Below, one piece after another: positions 55,639 to 64,000 of a stretch of DNA of 64,000 nucleotides. The stretch comes from Acidimicrobiia bacterium (lineage in GTDB: Bacteria > Actinomycetota > Acidimicrobiia > Acidimicrobiales > Bin134): the NCBI GenBank assembly GCA_022826705.1, contig JAJDUJ010000027.1:167880-231879 (forward strand). Reading direction: 5' to 3'. The translations under genes and the position numbers were made by a program. How positions within the stretch are numbered: the first letter of the stretch is position 1; each line of letters opens with the position of its first letter. Below the pieces are notes generated by a model that did not search any database, was not told the origin of the DNA, and worked only from the letters and a program-made list of their open reading frames with translations.

Positions 55639-56736
55639 TTAGAAGTCTTCGTCGAAGGCGACGTCGCCCTCGACACCTACCTGGTAGGAGGCCACGGTGC
55701 GCTCGAAGAAGTTGGTCAGCTCCTGCACGTCTTGGAGCTCCATGAACGAGAACGGGTTCTTGGCCCCGAACTGCTTGGGCAACCCGAGCTGGGTGAGGCG
55801 CTGGTCGGCCACGAACTCCAGGTAGCGGCGGGTGTCGGCCACCGACATGCCGGGCACGCCCTGGCCCAGCAGGTCCTCGGCGAACTGGTACTCGCAGTCG
55901 ACCGCCTCGCGGATCATGGTGGTGACCTGCTGGCTGAGCTCGGCGTCGAACAGATCGGGTTCTTCGGCCCGAACCGTGTTAACCACCTCGAGGGCGAAGT
56001 TCATGTGGCAGCTTTCGTCGCGGAACACCCAGTTGGTGCCGGCGGCCAGCCCGTTCAACAGCCCCTTGGACCGCAGGAAGTACACGTAGGCGAACGCGGC
56101 GAAGAAGAACAGCCCCTCGATGCAGGTGGCGAAGCAGATCAGGTTCAACAGGAACTGGCGGCGCTGCTGGGGGGTGTCGCACTGGTTGATGTCGTCCATC
56201 GAGTTCATCCACCGGAAGCAGAACTCGGCCTTCTGGCGGATGGAGGGAATGTTGTCGATGGCCGCGAATGCGGCCTCCCGCTCTGCGAGGTCGGGGATGT
56301 AGTTGTCGAGCAGAGTCAAGTAGAACTGGACGTGCAACGCCTCCTCATAGAGCTGCCGCGACAGATACATCCGGGCCTCGGGGGCGTTGACGTGTTGGTA
56401 GAGGTTCAGAACCAAGTTGTTGGCCACGATGGAGTCGCCGGTGGCGAAGAACGCCACCAGTCGGTTCACCAGATGCTTCTCGGCGGGAAGAAGGGTGCGC
56501 TCCAAATCGACCAGGTCGTCGGAAAAGTCGATCTCGTCCACCGTCCAGGTGTTCTTGATGGCGTCGCGGTACATGTCGAAGAACTGCGGATAGCGCATGG
56601 GGCGCAGCGTCAGCTTGAAGCCGGGATCGAGGATGCGTCCCTGGGTTGGTACGGCCGCAGGTACCGCCTCAGGCGCCGGGCTGAGGCCCAGGTCTTTTTC
56701 GAGGAAGGGGGTTTCTGCCAGAGCCATCAGTCGCAT
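55639..56736 (-). CDS. nrdB: Class Ia ribonucleotide reductase beta subunit
   Basis: Di-iron/tyrosyl radical ferritin-like protein (EEALHVQFY, EGLFFFAAFAY, RDESCHMNF). An alternative ATG at 56727 shares one nt with the nrdA stop (TGATG). Confidence 0.9.
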   Translation of the reverse strand: MRLMALAETPFLEKDLGLSPAPEAVPAAVPTQGRILDPGFKLTLRPMRYPQFFDMYRDAIKNTWTVDEIDFSDDLVDLERTLLPAEKHLVNRLVAFFATGDSIVANNLVLNLYQHVNAPEARMYLSRQLYEEALHVQFYLTLLDNYIPDLAEREAAFAAIDNIPSIRQKAEFCFRWMNSMDDINQCDTPQQRRQFLLNLICFATCIEGLFFFAAFAYVYFLRSKGLLNGLAAGTNWVFRDESCHMNFALEVVNTVRAEEPDLFDAELSQQVTTMIREAVDCEYQFAEDLLGQGVPGMSVADTRRYLEFVADQRLTQLGLPKQFGAKNPFSFMELQDVQELTNFFERTVASYQVGVEGDVAFDEDF

Positions 56737-59153
56737 GCCTCACACATTTCAGGGTTTTCCAATGAGCAGGCCACCGCCTCGGCGTCGGGAACCGGGGCGG
56801 CGGTCGCGGCATCGGGACCGCCGGTGGTGGTTTGGTTGATTCGGGTGGCTGGCCGGGATCTCAGGTAGTAGGTGGTTTTCAGTCCGGCCTTCCACGCGTG
56901 CAGATACATGGAACTGAGCTTGCCGATGGTGGGCGACTCCATGAACAGGTTCAGCGACTGGGACTGGTCGATGAACGCCCCTCGGTCGGCGGCCATGTCG
57001 ATGAGGGAGCGCTGGGGGAGTTCCCACGCGGTGCGGTACACCGCCTTGAGGCCCTCGGGGATGCGCTCGATGTCGGCCACTGAACCCTCGGAGCGCTTCA
57101 CGTCGGCGATCATCTGGTCGTCCCACAGGCCCAACTCCTGGAGGTCGCGCACCAGATAGCGGTTGATCTGCAAGAACTCCCCGGAGAGGGTCTCCCGCTT
57201 GAACAGGTTGGACACCTGGGGCTCGATGCACTCGTAGCACCCGGCGATGGAGGCGATGGTGGCGGTGGGGGCGATGGCAATGAGCAGGGAGTTGCGCAGA
57301 CCGTGCTCGGCGATGCGGTCCCGCAGCATCTGCCACCGGGCCGGATCGGATGACTCCTTGTCCCACAGGTCGAACTGGAGCTGGCCGACGGCCGCCCGAG
57401 TCTCGGCGAACGCCGGATGGGGTCCGTACTTTTCGGCCAGCTCGGTGGAGGCCCACAGGGCGTTGAAGTAGATCTCCTCGGAGATGCGGGCCGACAGTTG
57501 GCGGGCCTCGTCGCTGTCGAACGGCATGGCCAGATGGAAGAACACGTCTTGGAGGCCCATCAGGCCCAGGCCCACCGGGCGCCACTTGGCGTTGGAGTTG
57601 GCCGCCTCGGTAGTGGGGTAGAAGTTGATGTCGATCACCCGGTCCAAGAAGGGCACCACGGTGCGGATCACATCCCCGAGCCGCTCGAAGTCCATCTTGC
57701 CGCTGTCGGTGTCGACGAACTCTCCCAGATTGACCGACCCCAGATTGCACACCGCGGTCTCATCGTCGCTGGTGATCTCGATGATCTCGGTACACAGGTT
57801 GGACAGGTGTACGGTGCGGCCCTCTTGTCCGGTCTGGTTGCAGCGCAGGTTGGAGGCGTCTTTGAACGTCATCCATCCGTTGCCGGTCTGGGCCAAGCAC
57901 CGCATCATGCGGCTGTAGAGCTGGCGGGCGGGGAGCTGGACCTCGTATAGCTTCTCGCGCTCAGCTTCCTCGTAGGCCTCGCGGAATTCATCGCCGTACA
58001 GGTCGGTGAAGTGGGGGACCTTCTTGGGGTCGAACAGCGACCACTGCCAGTCTTTCTCCACCCGCTCCATGAACAGATCGGGAACCCAGTTGGCCAGGTT
58101 CAGGTTGTGGGCCCGGCGGTTGTGGTCGCCGGTGTTCTCCTTGAGCTCCAAGAAGTCCTCGATGTCGGCGTGCCAGGACTCGAGGTAGACGCAGGCCGCG
58201 CCCTTGCGCTTGCCGCCCTGATTGACGGCGGCCACCGAGCTGTCCAGGGTCTTCAGCCACGGCACGATGCCGTTGGACAGGCCGTTGGTGCCCCGGATGA
58301 GTGAGCCCTTGGAGCGGATGCGGTGCCAGGCCACGCCGATGCCACCGGCGAACTTCGACAGCCGGGCGATGTCGGTATAGCGCTGGTAGATGCCCTCGAG
58401 GCTGTCGGTGGGGGAGTCGAGCAGGTAGCACGACGACATCTGCGGGTGGGCGGTGCCCGAGTTGAACAGCGTGGGGCTCGACGGCAGATAGGCCAGCGAG
58501 CTCATCAGGTCGTAGAAGGCAATGGCCTCATCGGCGTCGGCAGAGAGCCCGCAGGCCACCCGCAAGAAGAAGTACTGCGGGGTCTCGATCACCTGGCGGG
58601 TGTCGGGATGGCGCAGCAGGTAGCGGTCGTACACCGTGCGCAGGCCGAAGAATTCGAAGTTCCGATCGCGCAGCGAGCTGATGGAGGCGTTCAACGCGGG
58701 GGCGTATTTCTCAGCGAAGTCGGCAGTCTCATCGCCGATCAGGCCCAGGCTGTGACCGGATTTGATCGACTCGGTGAACCAGGGGATGTTCTGGTTGCGG
58801 ACCTCTTTGTCGATACAGGTAGACAGGAGGCGGGCGGCCAGCTTGGAGTAGTTGGGCTCGGTGACGATGAGCCCGGCCGCAGTGCGGATGGACAGCTCGT
58901 CGAGCTCTCGGGTGGTGGCCCCATCGGCCAGGGCGGAAATGGTGCGGGTGGCCACCCGCATCGGGTCGACTCCCACAAGGCCCTCGGCGCAGCGGGCCAC
59001 CGCGTTGACGATCTTGTTGACGTCCACCGGCTCCAGTTCGCCGTTGCGCTTGCGGACCCGCATCCCGGTGTCGCTGGCGGCATGCTCTCCGTTTTGGTCG
59101 GCATCGGCCCCATTGGTGACCACTGCGGCCAATGGCTCCTGTATGAGTGTCAT
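56727..59153 (-). CDS. nrdA: Class Ia ribonucleotide reductase alpha subunit (with ATP-cone)
   Basis: 808-aa ORF with ATP-cone VRKRNGELEPVDVNKI, active site NLCTEI, and a C-terminal redox Cys pair CSLENPEMCEAC. GGGGGG Shine-Dalgarno sequence before ATG 59153. Confidence 0.9.
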   Translation of the reverse strand: MTLIQEPLAAVVTNGADADQNGEHAASDTGMRVRKRNGELEPVDVNKIVNAVARCAEGLVGVDPMRVATRTISALADGATTRELDELSIRTAAGLIVTEPNYSKLAARLLSTCIDKEVRNQNIPWFTESIKSGHSLGLIGDETADFAEKYAPALNASISSLRDRNFEFFGLRTVYDRYLLRHPDTRQVIETPQYFFLRVACGLSADADEAIAFYDLMSSLAYLPSSPTLFNSGTAHPQMSSCYLLDSPTDSLEGIYQRYTDIARLSKFAGGIGVAWHRIRSKGSLIRGTNGLSNGIVPWLKTLDSSVAAVNQGGKRKGAACVYLESWHADIEDFLELKENTGDHNRRAHNLNLANWVPDLFMERVEKDWQWSLFDPKKVPHFTDLYGDEFREAYEEAEREKLYEVQLPARQLYSRMMRCLAQTGNGWMTFKDASNLRCNQTGQEGRTVHLSNLCTEIIEITSDDETAVCNLGSVNLGEFVDTDSGKMDFERLGDVIRTVVPFLDRVIDINFYPTTEAANSNAKWRPVGLGLMGLQDVFFHLAMPFDSDEARQLSARISEEIYFNALWASTELAEKYGPHPAFAETRAAVGQLQFDLWDKESSDPARWQMLRDRIAEHGLRNSLLIAIAPTATIASIAGCYECIEPQVSNLFKRETLSGEFLQINRYLVRDLQELGLWDDQMIADVKRSEGSVADIERIPEGLKAVYRTAWELPQRSLIDMAADRGAFIDQSQSLNLFMESPTIGKLSSMYLHAWKAGLKTTYYLRSRPATRINQTTTGGPDAATAAPVPDAEAVACSLENPEMCEACD

Positions 59154-59334
59154 CAGTCCCCCCTGAGAACGAGGCTTGGATGCTGCAAGCGCGAAGTTCT
59201 CAAAGTGTAATTACAAAGGGGAAACTTCATCAATGAACTTCTTTGGCGCGACGCTATGACCAGGGATTTCGCGCTCAAGGAATTTTCCTGAGTGCTCCAC
59301 AAGGCACTTTGGCGCGCGCGTCCGCGCGCGCGAA

Positions 59335-60375
59335 CTAGGCCTCTCGGACGGTCAATTCGGTGGCTTTGAGGGCGGCCCAGCACCGCGATCCGGCACTCAG
59401 TGCCAACTCGCCCACCGCCTGGGGTGTGACCCATGCCTGGCAGGGCACCGGGGCCCCTAGAAGCACCCTGACCCGGTCGCTCTCGGGCTGGATGCGGGCC
59501 ACTTCGGCCTCCCAGGTGTTGCGGGCGCTGGTGTGGGGCTCGACCGTTGAAAGGGTGACGGCCGCGGGGGAGAAGGTAACCAGAACTGGCCCGGTCATTG
59601 GGGTGGCTGTGGTGAGGACGACGCCGCTGTGCAGGGCCACTTGGGTGCCCGAGGCGGTACCGGTGAGCAGGTTTATGTCGAGCAATCCAGCGGTCCACGG
59701 GGTGCGGGGATCGCCGGCCACTTCCTCGGGAGTGCCGGTCTGCACGATCTCACCCTTTTCCATCACCAAGAGTTGGTCGGCCAGCACCCTTGTTTCCACC
59801 GGATCGTGGGTGATGAGCACCCGAGTGGCCTCGATATCGGCAAGCAAGTGGCGCACGTCGGTGCGGGTTTCGGCGTCGAGGGAGGCCAGGGACTCATCGA
59901 GGAGCAGAACGGCGGGTTGGCAGGCCGCGGCCCGGGCCAAGCCCACCCGCTGGGCCTGCCCGCCTGAGAGCTGCGCGGGACGCAGTCCGGCCAGGTCGGC
60001 CAGGCCGACCCTGCTGAGCCATTCCTCGGCCCGCTGGCGAGCCGGACGAGCGGCCAGGCCCGCACACCGGGGGCCGAACGCCACGTTGTCTACCACGCTG
60101 AGGTGGGGAAACAGCAGGTTGTGCTGGCTGTGAAGGGCGATGGGCCGGCGGTCGGGTGGTGTCTGGATGCCTTGGGCAGGATCTTCGACCACCTGACCAG
60201 CCAGCACGATCTTGCCTTGCCGCAGCGGGATCAGACCGGCGAGCGCGTGAACCAGGGTGGTCTTGCCCGCCCCGTTGGGGCCGACGATGGCGGTACAGCT
60301 CCCGGTGGGTGCATCGAACGCGGCGTGGATAGCAAAGCCTCCGGTGGCGGCATGGATCTCAGCCTGGATGCTCAT
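59335..60375 (-). CDS. modC: Molybdate-type ABC transporter ATP-binding protein with C-terminal TOBE-like domain
   Basis: Walker A GPNGAGKTT, signature LSGGQAQRV, and a ~110-aa C-terminal beta-rich extension. Operon with modB and modA. Confidence 0.8.
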   Translation of the reverse strand: MSIQAEIHAATGGFAIHAAFDAPTGSCTAIVGPNGAGKTTLVHALAGLIPLRQGKIVLAGQVVEDPAQGIQTPPDRRPIALHSQHNLLFPHLSVVDNVAFGPRCAGLAARPARQRAEEWLSRVGLADLAGLRPAQLSGGQAQRVGLARAAACQPAVLLLDESLASLDAETRTDVRHLLADIEATRVLITHDPVETRVLADQLLVMEKGEIVQTGTPEEVAGDPRTPWTAGLLDINLLTGTASGTQVALHSGVVLTTATPMTGPVLVTFSPAAVTLSTVEPHTSARNTWEAEVARIQPESDRVRVLLGAPVPCQAWVTPQAVGELALSAGSRCWAALKATELTVREA

Positions 60376-61226
60376 GAGGGCGACGTCTCCGATGAGGTAT
60401 CGGGTTGGCTAGTGCGGGGGGCGATCCAACGGTGGCGCAGACCGATGAGGATGAGCAGTGACACCCCGATTAGCAGCACCGACATGGCGATGGCCGCCTC
60501 GGGCTGGCCGGCCTCGTTGGCTTGGGCAATGGCCAGGGGCAGTGTGCGAGTGCGGCCCGGGTGGTTGCCGGCGAAGGTGATGGTGGCCCCGAACTCGCCG
60601 AGGGCCCGGGCCCACGACAGGGTGGCCCCTGCGGCCAGCGACGGGGCCAGCAGCGGCAGCGTGATGCGGCGCAGCACGGTCCAGCGTCCGGCGCCCAGGG
60701 TGGAGGCGGCCGACTCAAGCCGGGTGTCGAGCTGGCGCAGGCCGGCCTCGGCGGTGATCACGAAGAACGGCATCGACACGAACGCAGCGGCGATCACCGC
60801 GCCGGCGGTGGTGCCGATGAGGGTGTCGACGCCGAACCAGTCTTGCAACGCCCGGCCGACCAGTCCTTTTCGGCCGAGGGCGAAGAACAGGGCGATGCCG
60901 CCCACCACTGGGGGCAGCACCATGGGCAGCAGCACTACGGCCCGCACCAGCGCCCGCCCTCGGAACGTCAGCCGGGCCAACACCCAGGCCAAAGGCAGCC
61001 CCAGCACCACCGACACCGCCGCAGCCAGAAGCGACACCACCACCGACACCCGGAGGGCCTCCAAGGTGGCCGTCTCGCCCAGCCTGGTGCCCAGCGTTGA
61101 CCACGGCGTTCGCTGCAACAGGCCCACCAGGGGCAGCGCCAAGACGGCCACCGCGATGATGGCGGCCACAAGGACAGCGATGGGCGGCCTGCGATTGGGC
61201 TCTTTGGGGGAGGAACGGTCGGTCAT
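60372..61226 (-). CDS. modB: Molybdate ABC transporter permease
   Basis: 284-aa ORF with a CysT/ModB-type MetI-like permease (EAA loop LGAGRWTVLRRITLPL...ALGEFGATITFAGN). Confidence 0.85.
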   Translation of the reverse strand: MTDRSSPKEPNRRPPIAVLVAAIIAVAVLALPLVGLLQRTPWSTLGTRLGETATLEALRVSVVVSLLAAAVSVVLGLPLAWVLARLTFRGRALVRAVVLLPMVLPPVVGGIALFFALGRKGLVGRALQDWFGVDTLIGTTAGAVIAAAFVSMPFFVITAEAGLRQLDTRLESAASTLGAGRWTVLRRITLPLLAPSLAAGATLSWARALGEFGATITFAGNHPGRTRTLPLAIAQANEAGQPEAAIAMSVLLIGVSLLILIGLRHRWIAPRTSQPDTSSETSPS

Positions 61227-61957
61227 GCGAAATCGAATCCGTGACTCCAGAGGATGCGCTGGCCATCAGGACCGAGGATGAAATCCACAAAATCGGCGGC
61301 AACGGCCCGATCGCTCACCGCCACCACTGGGTAGTCGTTGACCCTGATCTGGGGGCCGAGGGGCACGGTGGCCACTTTGTTTCCGCCGGCCGCCACGTCG
61401 GTGGCATACACCAGCCCGGCGTCGGCCTCTCCCAGCATCACCTTGGTGAGCACGGCCCGCACGCTTGTCTCCTCGGTGTCGGGGTTGGCGTTTACCCCGG
61501 CGTCGGCCAGCACAGCCTGGGCGAGGGCGCCGCAGGGCACCTCGGGGGCGCACATCGCCAGCACCAAGCTGTCATCTGACAGGTCTTCCAATTCGGTGAC
61601 ATCGCCGGGGTTGTCCACTGGCACCACCAAGGCCAGTCGATTGCGGGCGAATAAGACGGGGAGTCCGGCGGTGCGCCCTTCGGCTACAACCCGGCTCATG
61701 TTGGCGCGGTTGGCCGATGCGAACACGTCAGCCCGGGCGCCGGCGCTGATTTGGGCGGCCAGCCGAGCGCTGCCCGCAAAGTTGAGCTTCACGTCGACAT
61801 CGGGGTTGGCGGCCTCGTATTCGGCGGCCAAGTCCTCGAATGCTTCCGACAGCGACGCTGCCGCGTACACCGTCACCGCGGTCTTGCCTTCACCCCCGCA
61901 TCCTGTCACCAACCAGGCAAGAACCCCGGCCAAAACACCGAGGCCCAATCTGTTCAT
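61223..61957 (-). CDS. modA: Molybdate ABC transporter substrate-binding lipoprotein
   Basis: 244-aa ORF with lipobox LVTGCGG and ModA-type motifs (VYAAASL, NFAGS, VYATDV). Confidence 0.85.
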   Translation of the reverse strand: MNRLGLGVLAGVLAWLVTGCGGEGKTAVTVYAAASLSEAFEDLAAEYEAANPDVDVKLNFAGSARLAAQISAGARADVFASANRANMSRVVAEGRTAGLPVLFARNRLALVVPVDNPGDVTELEDLSDDSLVLAMCAPEVPCGALAQAVLADAGVNANPDTEETSVRAVLTKVMLGEADAGLVYATDVAAGGNKVATVPLGPQIRVNDYPVVAVSDRAVAADFVDFILGPDGQRILWSHGFDFA

Positions 61958-61966
61958 CTCAGACCA

Positions 61967-64000
61967 CTAGGCCGCGGACTCGGTTTCCAGTTCCGCAGTC
62001 ACCGACAGCTCCGGGCCCTCCGAGGTGAGCAGTTCTCGGCACCGCCCGGCGTCGGCCACGTCGTCGGCCACCTGCTCCAAGATGGCCAGCCGCTCAGCGG
62101 TGTCGGTGACGGTGGCGGTGGTGACCGCAGTGGCCAGGCGCACCTTGGCGTCGCTCTTGATGCGGCGGATCTCCCGCAGAGCGTCGGCGGCCACCGCGGC
62201 GGCCTCGGGGTTCACGTCGCCGGCCGCGGCCCGCAGCTCGGCCCCGACAGGCCAGGCGGAGCGGTGGACTGAGCCCTGTTGCCACCACGACCACACTTCT
62301 TCGGTCACATACGGCAGGAACGGGGCGAACAGCTTGAGGTAGGCGATGAGGGCCGTCTCCAGGGTGGAGCGGGCCGACTCGCCCGCTGGCCCGCCCCGGC
62401 CGCCGTAGGCCCGGTTCTTCACCAGCTCCAGGTAGTCGTCGGTGAACGACCAGAACGACGTCTCGGCGCTCTCCAGGGCTCGGGCGTAGTCGCCCCTGTC
62501 GAAGGCGGCGGTGGCGTCGTCGATCAGGTCGGCCAGGTGGGCGAGCAGGGCCCGGTCGAGGGTCTCGGTGGGCTGGGCGTCGGCTGCGGGCTCCTGGCCG
62601 AGCACGAACCGGCTGGCGTTGAGGATCTTCACCGCCAGGCGCCGGCCCACCTTCATCTGGCCTTCCTCAAAGGCGGTGTCGGTGCCGGGGCGCCCCGAAG
62701 ACGCCCAGTAGCGCAGCGCGTCGGCGCCGAATTGCTCCAGGGTGCCCATGGGGGTGACCACGTTGCCCTTCGACTTGGACATCTTCTTGCGGTCGGGGTC
62801 GAGCACCCAGCCGGATATGGCCGCGGTGGACCACGGCAGCCCGCCGTGCTCGAAGTGGGCCCGGGTCACAGTGGCGAACAGCCAGGTGCGGATGATCTCG
62901 TGGGCCTGGGGGCGCAGGTCCATGGGGAAGGTGCGCTCGAACAGGTCGGGGTCGTCCTCCCAGTAGCAGGCGATCTGAGGGCTCAGCGACGAGGTGGCCC
63001 AGGTGTCCATCACGTCGGGATCTGCGGCGAAACCGCCGGGTCGGTCCCGCTGATCCTCGGTGTAGCCGGGGGGTGTGTCAGAGGATGGGTCGATCGGCAG
63101 GTTGGCCTCGTCGGCGGCGATGGGGTTGTCGTAGTCGGGCTGGCCGTCGTCGTCCAGCGGGTACCAGATGGGGAAGGGCACACCGAAGAAGCGCTGGCGG
63201 CTGATGAGCCAGTCGCCGTTCAGCCCGCCGACCCAGTTCTCGTAGCGGACCCGCATGTGCTCGGGCACCCAGTTGAGCTCCCGGCCCCTGTCGATGAGGG
63301 CGTCGCGCAGGTCCTGGTCGCGCCCGCCGTTGCGGATGTACCACTGGCGGGAGGTGACGATCTCGAGGGGGCGCTGGCCCTTCTCGAAGAACTTCACAGG
63401 GTGGGTGATGGGGCGGGGCTCGCCGATCAACTCGCCCGACTCGGTGAGGAGCTCAACCATGCGCTGCTGGGCGCCGTGGATGGTGCGCCCGGCGATCTCG
63501 GCGTAGGGGGCGGCGTCGATCCCCTCAGGGGCGTCGGCCACGATGCGGCCGCCCCGGTCGACGATGGCCCGTACCGGCAGATTCAGCTCCCGCCACCAGG
63601 TCACGTCGGTGGTATCGCCGAAGGTGCAGATCATGGCCGCGCCGGTGCCCTTCTCGGGGTCGGCGAGGGTGTGGGCCACCATGGGCACCGCCGCCTTGAA
63701 CAGCGGGGTGGTGATGGTCTGGCCGAACAGGGGCTGGTAGCGCTGGTCGTCGGGGTGGGCCACCACGGCCACGCAGGCGGCCAGCAGCTCGGGTCGGGTG
63801 GTGTCGATAGGCAGGTCGCCGCCGTCGGGCAGGTGGAAGGCCAGGCGGTGGTAAGCGCCGGGGCGCTCCCGGTCTTCCAGCTCGGCCTGGGCCACTGCGG
63901 TGCGGAAGGTCACGTCCCACAGGCTGGGGGCCTCGCTCTGGTAGGCCTCGCCCCGGGCCAGGTTGCGGAGGAAGGCCCGCTGGGAGGCCCGGCGGCTGCG
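61967..64000 (-). CDS. valS: Valine--tRNA ligase, 3' portion (gene continues beyond the window end)
   Basis: TTRPELLAACVAVVAHPDDQRY, KMSKSKGNVV and the anticodon-binding region. The frame stays open from 63913 to 64000, so the N-terminus lies outside the window. Confidence 0.85.
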   Translation of the reverse strand, partial: RSRRASQRAFLRNLARGEAYQSEAPSLWDVTFRTAVAQAELEDRERPGAYHRLAFHLPDGGDLPIDTTRPELLAACVAVVAHPDDQRYQPLFGQTITTPLFKAAVPMVAHTLADPEKGTGAAMICTFGDTTDVTWWRELNLPVRAIVDRGGRIVADAPEGIDAAPYAEIAGRTIHGAQQRMVELLTESGELIGEPRPITHPVKFFEKGQRPLEIVTSRQWYIRNGGRDQDLRDALIDRGRELNWVPEHMRVRYENWVGGLNGDWLISRQRFFGVPFPIWYPLDDDGQPDYDNPIAADEANLPIDPSSDTPPGYTEDQRDRPGGFAADPDVMDTWATSSLSPQIACYWEDDPDLFERTFPMDLRPQAHEIIRTWLFATVTRAHFEHGGLPWSTAAISGWVLDPDRKKMSKSKGNVVTPMGTLEQFGADALRYWASSGRPGTDTAFEEGQMKVGRRLAVKILNASRFVLGQEPAADAQPTETLDRALLAHLADLIDDATAAFDRGDYARALESAETSFWSFTDDYLELVKNRAYGGRGGPAGESARSTLETALIAYLKLFAPFLPYVTEEVWSWWQQGSVHRSAWPVGAELRAAAGDVNPEAAAVAADALREIRRIKSDAKVRLATAVTTATVTDTAERLAILEQVADDVADAGRCRELLTSEGPELSVTAELETESAA

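Noticed and set aside
55579-56868. 429-aa plus-strand ORF antisense to nrdB
   Set aside because: It overlaps a highly conserved RNR beta gene. The translated sequence is repetitive (Gly/Val/Leu/Glu/His) with no motif.
59309-59333. Alternating (GC)n palindrome ggcgcgcgcgtccgcgcgcgcg just after the modC stop
   Set aside because: It could be a terminator stem or a Z-DNA-prone tract. It is short, lacks a U-tract, and such GC runs are common in high-GC genomes, so it is not specific enough to call.

Overview
This is a high-GC, actinobacterial-type chromosomal window, densely coding on both strands. From 1 to 28 kb there is a catabolic and transport neighbourhood. It holds a CoxS/CoxL-like molybdenum hydroxylase, two luciferase-like monooxygenases, a quinone oxidoreductase, an enoyl-CoA hydratase, an amidohydrolase, a family-III CoA-transferase and an acyl-CoA ligase. 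It also holds two Liv-type ABC importers with unusual fused architectures, whose lipoprotein binding proteins carry Met/Asp-rich tandem repeats, and three tRNAs (Asn-GTT, a CAT-anticodon Ile2-like tRNA, Val-TAC). The 28-35.5 kb and 44-64 kb stretches are housekeeping: phoH-ybeY-CBS/CorC, an alkA-like glycosylase, a MacB-type ABC pair, smpB, era, a DinG-like helicase, uppS, recO, glyQS, a short ppdK, dnaG, nrdAB, modABC and the 3' part of valS. Between them, abutting the 3' end of the tmRNA gene (ssrA, 43424-43811, minus strand), lies a visibly lower-GC accessory island of about 7.7 kb (about 35.75-43.42 kb). The island contains an IS5-family transposase relic, three translationally coupled tiny membrane ORFs, and a minus-strand three-gene operon. 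The operon encodes a COG1373/DUF4143-type AAA ATPase with a nuclease-like tail, then a 1387-aa protein, then a 300-aa membrane protein. The 1387-aa protein has an N-terminal NACHT/STAND-like P-loop NTPase, a helical region of about 1000 aa and a C-terminal PD-(D/E)xK-like motif. I consider this operon the best candidate for an undescribed defence (abortive-infection-like) system. Its function is inferred only from motifs, gene coupling and context. I saw no CRISPR arrays, rRNA genes or intact mobile elements. Many long alternate-frame ORFs in the track are high-GC artefacts and were not called.
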